Shown piece by piece: positions 1 through 12,429 of a stretch of DNA of 64,000 bases. The first letter of the stretch is position 1, and each line of letters opens with the position of its first letter. The translations under genes were made by a program, and so were the position numbers. The stretch comes from Callorhinchus milii (Eukaryota), in assembly GCF_018977255.1 (NCBI RefSeq), contig NW_024704742.1, positions 22,942,001 to 23,006,000 on the forward strand, written 5' to 3'. A model generated the notes under the pieces. It ran no database searches, was not told where the DNA came from, and saw only the letters and a list, made by a program, of their open reading frames with translations.

Positions 1-1204
1 AGATTTACTCATCACTAACTGCTTAATCCAGGTCCTCGAGAAGTCTTGAACCTGGATTTCATAAATGGGCTGAAGGAAACCCCTTCACTACATGCCCAGA
101 TGCTCAGAATCCTGAAGAAGAACCATTTGGACCCATATCTTACATATCACCAGCTTGACCTGCACTGGGATCTCACTGGAGTCGAGGAGAGGCAAGAACA
201 ACAAGAGTGTCTTTGGCCCCTTTTCAGCGCGGTCCAAAGGATAGTGTTCAAGCATAAATTGTTGTCCATCACAACCCAAAGAGCATGACTGATTAAAGAA
301 AAAGGGACAGGCAGGAGAGGATAAAGTAAGAGAAAGACCAGAGAAAAGTCCAAGCACAAGATTGTTCAAAAGAATACTGTGATATCATTGTGATGTTGTT
401 AAGACTATTCTGAAGGGTTTAGTAATGATCGTGAGAGTCGCTTTGTACATTTTGGGGTAAGTGGCTGTGGTATATGTGAATAATTATCACTGTTGTTTCA
501 GTATTTATCTCTAACTGATTTTATGCGTCACATTTGCCCCTTATCTGTTTATTTCAGTAAGTGTATCATTCATTGTCAGTTGTCTCATCTTTCAATGACC
601 TCAGTGTGGTGTAAGTGGCTGCCGGGCTGGTTAAATGATATCTGCATCTGGTTTGAGACCGAGTAAAGCATTCACATTCAGAGTGTAATAGATTTAGATA
701 GGAAATGCTTATTGTTAAGTAAAATAAAATCGGAAATAAAATATAAATATTTGAAGTTAAAATTAAATCTGTTTAAAAAAATATTATTTTTAATGCACAG
801 TCAGTATATTCTGTCAAGTGCTTTGAGACGTCTCGTAGACGTGATAAGGCGCTTTATCAAATGCAAGGATTATTATTGTTGGAAATAAATGATTGCAGCA
901 AGTTGTGGTGCTTTTTCTCAACAACTGTCTTTTGGAGATTCTTTTGTATTCAATGACATGAGTTCAAATGAGTTCTTTGTTTCCTTTTAATGAATTTGGT
1001 AGGTGTTTTAGTTAGGTATGATCAGTGCACACATAATAATGTACACACAATTGTTTGCCCAGAAACAAACTGTGGCAAATCGAACTATCATTCATTGTAT
1101 AACAGTTACGGCATTTCTAACAAGTCCCTCATAGTACTTACTATCACTTGTTATTGAAATGAAACTGGAAATTAGGCACTTACCAGGATAACTAGGAATA
1201 ACAA

Positions 1205-1643
1205 GTGTCCTCCTGGCTCAGTAGTAGCACTCGTGCCTCTGAGTCAGAAGATTGTGGGTTCAAACCTTACACTGGGACTTTGAACTCAAAATCTAGGCTT
1301 TCAGCGCCTTGGGACATCCTCCCGACGTGAAAGGCGCTCTATAAATGGAATCTTGTTGTTGTTGTTGTTGTAATGTTCCAATGCAGTGCTGAATTGTTGG
1401 AGGTGACTTTTTTGGATAAGATATTAAACCAAGGTCCCGCCTGCCTGTTTAGATGGTCAATAAAGATCCCATGGCACTATTCAAAATCAGGAGGGAGTTT
1501 CTCCGTGTATCCTAGGCAACAATCTAACAGATAAAATTGTTCATTCACTTCAGGACCGTTTGCGGAATTTAATGGTATGCAAATTGGATGTTGCATTTGC
1601 CTACCTGGTCACTACACATCACATGTGTGGAGCACTTTGAGAT
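1205..1643 (+). mobile_element. Deu-SINE interrupted by an L2 tail (1301-1371)
   Basis: Family B head and core with a (TTG)n-tailed L2 terminus inserted after ATCTAGGCT. Confidence 0.82.
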
Positions 1644-1645
1644 GA

Positions 1646-2466
1646 TTCTCTCCTGATCGGCTCCTGATTGCCTCCCATCAGCGCCTCCTCACCTCAGGCG
1701 CTAACAGTATCACCATCCATGGTTGCACACTCCACCTTTCTAAGCGAGTCGGGAACCTTGGGGTTACTTTGACCCTCAACTATCCTTTCTACCCCACATT
1801 CACGCCATGACCCGTTCTGCCTTCCCCCACCTCCGCGACGTCGCCCGGCTCCGACACTGTCTCACACAGCAGGCCGCCGAAACCCTCATACATGCTTTCA
1901 TTACATTGAGGCTTGACTATGCAGACTCATTGCTTTTCGGTCTCCCTATCACAACCCAAAGGCTGCAGATCATCCAGAACTGTGCAGCCCGTGTCCTCTC
2001 TCGCACCAGACTCCGTGATCCTATCACCCCTATCCTTGTCCAACTCCACTGGATTCCCATCACACAGAGGATACAGTTCAAGATCCTGGTCCTCAACTTC
2101 AAAGCCCTCTATGGTCTTACTCCCACCTACCTCTCCGACCTCCTACCAACCTGTTCGCTTCCTCCGTTCAGCGGGCTCTGGCCTGCTTCACATCTCCCGC
2201 CTTGCTTGTCCCACTATTGGCTGGCGGGCTTTCCTCCACTCTGCACCCACCCTCTGGAACTCCATCTCGCTCCCTCCCTCGCCACCTTCAAGACCCACCT
2301 CAAGACGCTCCTCTTCAATCGTGCTTTCAATCTCCCTGCTTCCCCCCCCGCCCTCCCCGCTCCCCCACCTGACCCTCAGCTCAGATCCAAAACTCTGTCT
2401 GTCCAGTGCCTTGGGACATCCTCCCGACGTGAAAGGTGCTATATAAATGTAATCTTCTTGTTGTTG
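1646..2466 (+). mobile_element. L2 LINE, 5'-truncated (RT C-terminus and 3' end)
   Basis: Peptide LIHAFITLRLDYADSLL...QNCAAR...LHWIPI..RIQFKIL..FKALYGL.P.YL is typical of the L2 ORF2 C-terminus. Ends GGGACATCCTCCCGACGTGAAAGGTGCTATATAAAT...(TTG)n. Confidence 0.92.
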
Positions 2467-3139
2467 TGATAAGATGCTATATCAAATGCCAGTGTTGTTA
2501 TAACTAAAGCAGACCGGGGCTGGACCTTCACATCATGTGAAATTTGATGCAATAAATTAAATAAAAGAACAATAGCAGGAAAACATACCACCAATTGATT
2601 TGTACTTCATAGAAACATAGGTCCTTGATAAATCACATGTCCAAGATGACAAGAAAACAGAGATGTCATTAGACTTCAGTAAAGATAGATGTCATAGACA
2701 CTCCCCTCACACAATCATGTCGTGGGATCTTTAATATTCACCTGAGCAAGCAGACAGAGCCTCTGTTTAATTTCTCATTTGAATGACATAATCCAACACT
2801 CCCTTGGCACTGTACTAGAATGTCAGTCTGGACTTTATGAGTTTAAAGATTGCTTGAATCCACAAGCTTCCAACTCAAAGGTGAGTGTGCTGCCAACTGA
2901 GTCAGGCTGACACACAAAGAGATTTGTAATAGTTTGAAAATAAGGGCTCCAGTAATAAATAAAATTGTGCTACTCCAGCCTGTGAGAACTCTGCTCAGAT
3001 ACAACTTAACTAATAGAATTCCTGAAGGTTAGAATGACTCATTTCCAGTTATTATCATGACTGACAGTCAGAACTCAAAGACACCATTTTCCATCCTTGT
3101 TATAAATTGTCACTTACTGAGGTTCAGGAACTTGGCAAT

Positions 3140-4095
3140 GTAATAATAATAATCCTTGCATTTGATATAGCTTTTTTTATAGTGGTTAGATATTTGATAA
3201 CCATTAACCCTGTAGTTTAGTGGTTGGAGCACTCGCCTCGCAAGTGAGAGGACCTGAGTTCAATAATAATAATCCTTGCATTTGATATAGCGCTTTTCAC
3301 GTTGGGAGGACGTCCCAAAGCGCTTCACAGAGCAACTGTAAAGTGAATTGACTGTATATTTGTGGGCGAACGCGGCAGCCAATTGTGCACAACAGTGTCC
3401 CACAAACAGTCATAGATTGAAAATGACCAATTTATTATTGTTTTTGGTTTTTGGAGGGATTATTATTAGGCGTGTGGAGTAAGGAAACTTGCCCAAGGTT
3501 TTGCCCTGTCTGGAATTGAACTCAGGACTCCACTACTCCACTACTCCGGGCAGGGCGAAATGGTGGGCATGTTGGCAAGTAGGAACCTGGTTGATAGTTC
3601 ATCGGCAGATCTCTTTTCTGGGGTAATCATCCCTTCAAAACAAAAATAAGTTTTAAACTATAATAAGTCTGTGTGCACTTGGCTGCCGTGTTTCGCCCAC
3701 AAAATACACAATCAATTCACTTTATAGTATATTTTGTGAAGCACTTTGGGACGTCTTGAAGATGTGATAAGGTACTATATCAAATGCAAGGATTATTATA
3801 ATTATTATTATAGCGTCTTATCATGTTGTTGAGATGTCTCGAAGCGCTTCATGGAAAAGCTTGTAAAGTAAATTGACTGTATTTTGTGTGCGAAACGCGG
3901 CAGCCAATTGCGCACAGCAGTGTCCCACAAACAGTCATGGATTGAAGTGACCAGTTTAATATTGTTTTTTTTTCTTGACGGATTTTTATCAGGCGTGTGG
4001 AGTAAGGAAACTTGCCCAAGATTTCGCCCTGCTGGGAATCAAACCCAGATCTCTTGCTTGCAAGGCAAGTGTTCTAACAACTGAACTACAGGCTC
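3140..4095. mobile_element. Cluster of nested SINE family A copies in both orientations
   Basis: A plus-strand head (3206-3263) is interrupted by a minus copy (3264-3535); the plus body resumes (~3550-3800); another minus copy follows (3805-4095). Confidence 0.85.
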
Positions 4096-7000
4096 TAAAT
4101 CCCTAAAACATGTTTGGAAAATCCCATTGGAGATTTTGCAAAAGACAAAACCACTCCATTAGGTAATAATAATCTTTGCATTTGATATAGTGCCTTTCAT
4201 TTTTTGAAAGCGTTTGTTTCAAAGCGCTTCTCTGTAAAGTGTAGTGACTATGCATTTACTGATCGATGCCGACAAGAACTTATCCGATGCTTAAATGAAC
4301 CAGACATATAATGTTTCAGGTGGTTACAAACCCTTCTCAGAAAAGAAAACTTTAGGAAGATCTTTAGGAGGATTGTAAGATTGTCAATTGCTTGCTTTCA
4401 TTTTCTTCACAATTTATTCGTTCGTTTTAGGTCATTGAGAAGCACACTCACAGTACTGTATCTGCATTAAATACTGTGAGATCCTACTGTGAGACAGAAT
4501 GAGGAATAAATGCATTATTCATCCATCACATAACACATCAGACATTATCGGAGGCTGCTGTTTGGTTACCAAGTCAGAATAATGGCATTAACTGCAGACA
4601 GACAGCACTGAGTGAATACAGTTCTGCTATGTGCTCAATTAGTAGTATCAAACCATTCAAGGGCTTGCTGCTTTGGGGCAACATCCAGAAGGAAGAGGAC
4701 TCCAATGAATGCAGATAGAATGAAGGCATCTATAAGTCTCCAACTGATCGAGAACTGTGCAGCAAAATACTAGTAACATAATAATAATAATCCTTACGTT
4801 TGATGTAGTTTTTCATATAGTTCAGTGTGTATTGTGAACATCGCTGACAATGCCCTTATCTCTGCTGTTAATCTGTTAAACTGCATTCTTGCACAATGCT
4901 CAATATCTCTTTCAACAACAACAAGATTACACTTGGATAGTGCCTTTCATGTCGGGAGGACGTCCCAAGGCGCTGGGCAGAGTACACACCTTCAAATGTC
5001 AGGCAAACCTTAAATTAGCTTTAGCAATGAGACATTTCAGGTGCCTTTTAATATGCTCACTTCCTGCCACAGCAGAACCTTTCGGGCAGATTTTTTGTGT
5101 GTACAGGATATCAGTCTGGGGTGGATTCATGCTGAAGTACCCAAGAAAATAAGCATGTGGTATCTCACCCATAAATATTCAGTCCCTTGTGCCAACGGAG
5201 ATAACTGAGATATAATTGAGAGACAATCTGAGTTAAGGATGTACCTTTTGCAGTAAGCAGTTATTGTAGCAGCTACTCTCTACAACCAGTGCACACCCAT
5301 ATATGAATGATTTACATTGCTTTACTGGCAGCACTGTGCTGTATTCGAATTGTTGAATGTAGACCACAAGCAACATAAAGAGAATGTCTTCATTTGTTAA
5401 GACTTGACACCACCAACTTAACCCAATGTGAAGCGATGAGTCATTGAACAATACTGAACCAGCTGTGCAACTAGAAATGCAGCTTCTATTTGGAGCTTTT
5501 CACTGTTAACCGTCTGAGTCAAATGGGTCAATTCATTTCAGTGTCCCATCCTTTCATTTGTCTACAAGGTATTGACCTGGCCACACGATTATTAAAAGGG
5601 AAATAACCTTATCCCGTGTTCTTCAGCTCTGTTACAACCATTAAAAAATAGGGTAGTACAGCTGTCCGGTGGAACTCCAGTCGCGCTGGGAGAGTGACAA
5701 TTGTGGGCCCAGCAAACCTCAGCGTCTGTGTGATCTGTTTGTGTTTGACAAAAGCTGTGCAGCACATCGGGCCTTTTTACTCCATCAACCTCACAGGTAC
5801 CATCTAATAGGATAAGCTTATTCCTGTCAACAATCCAAAGAATGAAGCAATTAAATGGAATTAAAGTTTGAAGATTGATACCTCAGGCACTCCATCATAT
5901 AGAGAGCACTGTCGAGTACGAGAAGGAGATTAAGACTGCTCCACTTTATAATTAGAATTATGAAGTGTTTGGGGAAAGGGCAGGGATTTGAAGGATCTCT
6001 CAGTGAGTATGACCCCTGAATAGCCTCTTTCTCTGCTGTAAATTTTATGGGGTAAAATTTGCCCCATTTATTAACAAACACCAGTGTAATGTATCATCTA
6101 ACCATGAGCATAGACAGATCAATTGCTAAATTAATCAATTGACACTTTTTGTTGGCTGGGGAGAACATAAATTGAGCCCCTCCATGGCTTATGAAGCTTA
6201 GGAAATAAATATACAAGTAAGACAAGTTCAGAGGCCATTCAAGGATCTGAATTAATTCACAGACAAAAATGGCTCATTTCAAACTGAAGAACAAACAAGA
6301 TGGCAGATCTTGTGGCTGGTCTGAAAAGGAAGAAACCACTTACTTGGAGGGTTGTGCTGTCATTCAGTAGATGATGGATCATGCCAGCGTTGGTTAAGAA
6401 ACACTGCATACTTCACCGCATTGAGTCCCAGTAACCATTCTGAGAGCTGACCTCTGCACAAACCCTGCACCACTCGATCTGACCACCAACCAAACGCAGG
6501 AGCTCCCTCATCTGAATCGTCACTTTTCGAAGCTTATTTCAGGCCAAAGCAAACAAGCTTTAAGGCATGAGATGATCCTCTTCAAAAAAGCATGGAAAAA
6601 TAGACAATCCAGCAATTAAAAATCCATGCAGCAGATAAATGAAAACATACAGATGTTTATTTTGGCACTGTTTTAGCTGCCCTAGAAAAACTGTTTTTCA
6701 GAAAATCTCTGCTCACCTACTTGTTAATGATGACAGGAGAATGGCAGAATGCATTAATTCATGAAAATGATAGGTGTTTGCAAAGCTTTCAATTAAAACT
6801 TATTTTGAAAAATGTTCCTAAACATTTGCTCAACAAAGTGCATTACAGCGATAGTGGGCCTGACAGGCTTTGCAGCCAGATGTCTTGAGCATGGATATCT
6901 TGGACAGAGAGGAAAGAAAACAAGTTTTACTGGATGGAGGAAAGAAGGGGGCTATCTGCACTTGGTGCATGTCTGTCCCACATGCTACAGGAAACAATCT

Positions 7001-7710
7001 GAACAGTGCACATAGTCAGGCTGTTTCACTCTGCATGTATTTCAGTAAGGCAACTTGAATCAAGTACTCTGTTCCCTGTGTTTTTTTTCAAGTCTGGGCT
7101 ATCATTTGGCTGAAAGGTGTAATGTTGAGTTAAGCCAGCATTATGCCAAAACGAAAGTGAAATGCTGGCCTCCATGTGGCAGCAGGTCCAATGTGCCTTG
7201 GGCTAGCTAAGCGGCCTGACTATTTCCACAGTCATTGGAGAGTGATAGGGGTGGAGGTTTATTCATTGATGAGGATATCGACAGAGTGGAATCGCTGTGA
7301 TGCTACACCTCCGTGAAGGGCACTACATAAATAGAAATTATTGTTGTTGTTTAACCTTTTTCCCGCTTATTCCTATGTTCCTACTCCATTAGTATAATTA
7401 ATGTTTAAATTGGCATCATAGATCATGAACAAAGTACGCATTCACTACACTTTCCAGTAAAATCCAGTAAAGCACTTTGAGATGTCTGGACAACATGATA
7501 AAACACTATAAAAAATGCAAGGAGTACTATTGAAATGAAAATGGATACAGCTAAGTGTAGCGTCAAGGACAAAAACAATCTACATGCACTTTAAAAACTA
7601 TTATTCTGATGATGGAGCTGAAGAGGCAGAAAAGCATTGGCTTTACATTGACATTGACTCATGCTAGACATGTTGGTGGGATTAGCGTGTATCAGCATAA
7701 CATTAGCGTA

Positions 7711-8118
7711 ATAATAAAAATAATAATCCTTGCATTTGAAATAGCGCCTTATCATGTTATTGAGACATCTCAAAGTAATTCACAGGATATACTATATAGT
7801 AGATTGAAATTATTTTGTGAGCAAAATGCGGCAGCCAATTGCACACAGCAGTGTCCCATGAAGCCATGGAACAAGCAACCAACTATATTTTGGGGATTGT
7901 TGGCCAGGACACTGGGAGAAACTCATTTCTCTTTTCAAATAATATCCAATGGAACCGGAGATGGGATGTCAGTTTAACATCTCATCCGAAGGATAACACC
8001 TCTGACAATACAACACACCCCCAGCAATCAATTGGAGTGTCATCTTAAACTATGTAATTCCAAGTCCCAACCTGCGGCTTGAACCCATAACCTTCTGATT
8101 CAGAGTGACACACTGACA
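7711..8118 (-). mobile_element. Deu-SINE
   Basis: Reverse complement of family B. Further copies at 2710-2912(-), 10455-10626(-), 14930-15285(+), 16005-16230(+), 27601-27982(-), 28101-28384(-) and 39345-39540(+). Confidence 0.8.
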
Positions 8119-8277
8119 GGTATGTCAGGAAACTGCTTGCCAAAAAATCAGCTTCAAAACTGAGAGCTTAAAAATAAAATTCAAGTGTGTAAGAATAGGA
8201 AAATTAATATTAAAAAAAACACGAATGCTACAATGCCAGAGGAACTGAAGGCATTACTTTTGGTGGTAATGGCTGTA

Positions 8278-8535
8278 ACAACAACAACAACAAATTATAC
8301 TTGTATAGCGCCCTTTACGTTGGAAAGATGTCCCAGGGCGCTGGACAATCAGCAGTTTTGGACCTGAGCTGGGAGTTGGGGTCAGGAGGGATGGAGGACA
8401 GGGGGTGTGAGGTTGGAAGGGTGGCCAAAGGCACGGTTGAAGAGGAAGGACTTTAGACGGGACTTGAAGGAGGCAAGAGAGGGGGTGAGGCAGAGGGATT
8501 GCGAGAAGGAGTTCCAGAGTGCGGGGCAGAGATGC
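8278..8535 (-). mobile_element. L2 3' end
   Basis: (CAA)n tail plus L2 3'UTR. Similar fragments at ~10795-10925, 19885-20100, 24822-25035, 42975-43145, 53125-53365 and 56095-56350. Confidence 0.8.
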
Positions 8536-9589
8536 TGAATATCTGGGTGCAAATGGTGCATTGTGCATTGGGATTGCCAGTGGGTGTCTGATGTGCCTTA
8601 TTGGTTTCCTGCTTGTGACTTGGCATTATAGCACCACTGTGGGGTGCAAGACAATTCCAACTCGCGTCTCCAAATCAGGGAATTGCCTGGGTCAGATAAC
8701 TCTGGAAGACAGCTCGATGAGGGAGGATTTTGTCCTAATGTCCTTTGGGACGTCCTCCCGACGTGAAAGGCGCTCTATAAATGTAATTTTGTTGTTGTTG
8801 TTGTTGTCCTCTTGTAGATTACTTTGTCTGAAATTTTCATAGATATGATTCTCTTGCCGTGCTCTGGTGCACCCCAGCTTGGGTGCACATTCTTGACTGT
8901 CCAGCTCTTTGGGACATCCCCCGACTTGAAAGATGCTAAACAAATGTAATTTGTTGTTGTTGACTGTTTCTCAGTGGCGGGAGAGCCTGGTGGAATATTT
9001 ATCTGTTGTATAATCTCTCCCTCTGTATGGAGATAGAGATGCGGATAGAGATTTCCACACCTTCACCCAGCAATGCCCCATCACCACACAGCAGGAATAG
9101 AAAAATCTAGTCTCTGTCCCATGACTCCATGAACGAATCCTGAATCCTTGCATTTGGATTTGAATCTTTGCATTTGATATGCAAATCTAACCTGTGCCCC
9201 ATCACTGCATGTATGAATTAATGATACCAAGTGTAACAATGGAAAAGTTTCACATTGCTTCAGTGAAGGAGAAGCTCTCAAAGCTCTAAAGATGTCAGTT
9301 CTGACATTAACAAATGCAAAACGGCTCTTCAGGGTATACTCCATGTTGACAGACATAAGCATCGTGTTAAACCCAATTGACATCTTCCTTCTGTTGAAGT
9401 GTACCACGTGTCACTAATAGTATGACAGACAGAGGAAAGATTGAAATGCACAATATCATTTCTCTAACTTAAACCAACAGTCGCAAAATTTCTAAACTAC
9501 ATTCTATCTTGTAGAAACTCATTGGATCTGATAAGTAACAAGATGCAGTGAGCAAATCATGAATCCCATTGCAATCCATACTACATAGC

Positions 9590-10350
9590 TGTTATGGACC
9601 AGTGGATAAAAATTAGAAACAACTGTAGCGCAAAGTACCGCATGCGCTCCGAAAGACCATTGTGTTCAAACCATCCAAAGTTAAACAACTCATATAATAC
9701 CCGGTTTCTCATACACCTCGGTTGGACTCTTCACCATAATTCCCTCTTGAATTTACTGACACAGCCATTGGTACAAGCAGTCTGCCGTAGCATTGAATCT
9801 AAAATGTATTGTATGAAAATAAGAAAAACAGCAAAAGCAGTAAAACTGATAAGAAAACACTGTAGTAAAAGCTGATTCCACCACATCCCCAAAACCGCGG
9901 CAGAGCATAGTGTTTCTCTTAATCAGTCTGAACGAATGGAATCATCCTCTTTCAGAATGTCAGCATGTTCTTTCACTTGTCATGAAATGATTTTGTTGTA
10001 GTAAATCATGCAGAGCATTTTCAGCGAGGCCTTGGGGAAGTTCAGAATCTCTTTCCGACAAATAAAGATTCTCATCTTGGCGGAGGACGTTCCAACATTG
10101 GCACTTGACACTGGCTGGGTCAAGATGCACGATATCCAATCTGACAATTCAGGCCACTGTTGTTGCTTTCCTTGCAAGATGTGCTTTTTCAGGCAAATGA
10201 CTCAGTGATCTGTCTATGTATCACATCGGAGGCATTAAACAATGAAAAAAAATTGCAGACTTCAAAGTTTATAGGGAATTTGTCCTTTGTATAGAGATCA
10301 ATGTTTGTGCTGAAAATCAGAGCGACACTTCATCCAAATCAACGGCATTG
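9590..10350 (+). pseudogene. Probable fossil of an hAT (Ac/ZBED1-like) transposase
   Basis: Colinear degenerate motifs: DQWIKIRNN, LGWTLHH..LVQA, IRK..FHH, EDVPT-(frameshift)-WHLTLA (cf. DVPTRWNST), VCAENQSDTS. Contains stops and frameshifts. Confidence 0.4.
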
Positions 10351-11391
10351 GAGATGGACAATTTTGTGTCATGGAGGCTTGCCATTGTTATGCATTGCGG
10401 TCTAAATGCTTTTGAAACGGAATCAGAAGGCGTTGGAAACAGACAACTGCATGGTACCTCGGTTTAATGTCTCATCCGAAGGGCAGCACTTACAACAATG
10501 CAGCACACCTCCGGCACTCCATTGGAGTATCAACTCAGACTATATGGGTTCCAGGTCCTGACATGGTGCTTTAATCCACAACCTGCTGACTCTGAGGCGA
10601 TGGTTCTATTAACTGAGCCAGCGTAACACCTCTTATTAAGTTAAGCACTTTGAGATGTTCTAAATGAAATGCACCATTTAAGGGCAAGTTGCTGGGAAAA
10701 CTGTCCATCCTACACTTCCAGTTGCCTCTAGTGAAAGAGTTTACACACTGTGGAGACCAGCTGATCAATGGGATAAAATATCACAACTAAAAACAACAAA
10801 CAACAAAGTTGCATTTATACAGCGCTTTTCATGCCAAGAGGACATTTCAAAGCGTTGGACAGTCTAGGGATGGGAGCTGAGGAGGGTGGGAGGGAGGAAA
10901 GGGAGCTGGGGGAGCTGATGCTTAAGTTTGCAGACAAGCAATATGTGCATTATCTATCATAGGTTTAAAACATTCCATTCATGTCCTAAACCTGTCCCAT
11001 GTGTGAAAGCAACAATCCAGACCCAGTTTCCCGTAGCTGATGTGTGTGTGGGTTTCAGCCGATGAAACATTTCCATAGTGACACCTATGACTCTTCAGTT
11101 TGAGGAAGTCACACTTACTTCAACAAGCGATTGGGAACTGCAGGGTTAGTTACGCTTCACAACCTTGAGCAGGTTTTCTGTACTTGGCCTCAAATGCTTG
11201 TTTGATGCTCTGATTACTGGGTATGACAAAGGGATTGATGTATATGTCAAGGCAGTTGCTCACAGTTCATGAGTTCATTGAAGAATTCTTGGAGGTTGGA
11301 GGCATGGAGAACAGAACCATTTCTGGTGTAAAGCAAAATACAGTAAAACTCGTATAAGTCTTATCTTTATAAATCATATAATTGTATAAAT

Positions 11392-11760
11392 GTGGAGTCC
11401 TGTAGCGTACTGATTAGAGTACACCTTTTGCAAGCGAGAAGATCCGGGTTCAATTCCTGGGCAGGGCAAAACATTAGGCAAGTTTCTTTACTCCACATGC
11501 CTTTGTTTACCTAGCAGTAAATAAGAACCCGTTTGTTAGTCAATTGACCGATCTCTTTTCCGGGGCTAATAATTCTTTTTTAAAAAAAAAGTTTTGGTTA
11601 CTCAATTCATGACAATTTGTGGGACATTGCTTGTGCAATTGACTGCTACATTTCGCCCATTAAATATACAGTCAATTCACTTTGCAGTATATTCTATGAA
11701 GCGCTTTGAGATGTCTCAAAGATGTGATAAGGCTCTATATCAAATGAAACGATTATTATT
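11392..11760 (+). mobile_element. SINE family A, older long variant with a fuller CORE-like domain
   Basis: Extra middle segment GCCTTTGTTTACCTAGCAGTAAATAAGAACC...GATCTCTTTTCCGGGG absent from the young copies; also seen in 25081-25533(-). Confidence 0.85.
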
Positions 11761-11799
11761 ACAATCGCCTACGTCGTAGATGCACCCGAGTCCCATTCA

Positions 11800-11926
11800 G
11801 TTTCTATCAAAACCACTCGAGGGACAGTCGCGGCAGGGACAGTCGCGGAGCCAGGGAGTGGCTGTTGCGGGCCAGTGAGCGGCAGGGCCTCGAAAACCCA
11901 GATAAACCGAGCGGGACTTACAGAAG
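11800..11926 (+). other. Candidate non-coding first exon of a plus-strand transcript
   Basis: GC-rich stretch ending in a consensus donor AAG|GTAAGT (11927-11932). The 5' start is approximate. Confidence 0.45.
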
Positions 11927-12145
11927 GTAAGTCAGGCAGCGGCGGGGAGTCACAGGGCTGGTCTCCCGAGAATCGGGACTGGCGTTAGCCAAAGCGGGGG
12001 CCGGGGTCCCGGAGATCAGGATCAGCGTTAGCCAGAGGTAGGGGCTGGTAACTGCCGGCTGGGCCGGGGGTCTCGGGGACCTTGAGGCGGGGCGGGTGTC
12101 GCGGGGAATCGAGCGGCGGCCATTACCGGTCGGGGGAGCCGCCAT
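11922..12145 (-). CDS. Candidate first coding exon of an unidentified minus-strand gene (MAAPPTGNGRRS...YLWLTLILISGTPAPALA...RRCLTYL)
   Basis: ATG in AAAATGGCGG context inside the CpG island. The frame is open to a CT|GTAAGT donor (intron starts 11921) and includes a hydrophobic signal-like stretch. An earlier donor CCG|GTAATG at ~12126 would instead give a 19-nt coding exon. Confidence 0.55.
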
Positions 12146-12279
12146 TTTAGACCTCCAGATTTTCCCGCCATTCTGCGTGACGTCACTTTCGCCCGCCAGG
12201 TTTGAATCACTGGTAGCAGCTACAGCACAGTGCAGTACAGGACAGGACAGCCTGTACCAGTGTCTGCCTCCCTCCCACC

Positions 12280-12280
<1 letters not shown>

Positions 12281-12328
<48 letters not shown>

Positions 12329-12394
12329 CCCTGTCCTTCCCCTGCAGGCTGCTCGTTGCTAACCACAGTGAGCTCCCCCCCCCCCCCCCCCCCC
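12281..12394. repeat. (TCTG/TCCG)n microsatellite and poly(C) run
   Basis: Tetranucleotide repeat at 12281-12328; C run at 12375-12394. Confidence 0.9.
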
Positions 12395-12429
12395 TTTAGC
12401 CCCCACAGCCTCCTGAAGGCTGACAATGT

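Larger units (their letters stand above)
11770..12210. promoter_or_regulatory. CpG-island promoter, probably bidirectional or overlapping
   Basis: Sharp local rise in GC and CpG in non-repetitive sequence. Contains a YY1-type GCCGCCATTTT (12138-12148), E2F-type TTTCCCGC (12161-12168), CRE palindrome GTGACGTCAC (12177-12186) and CHR-type TTTGAA (12201-12206). Confidence 0.8.
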
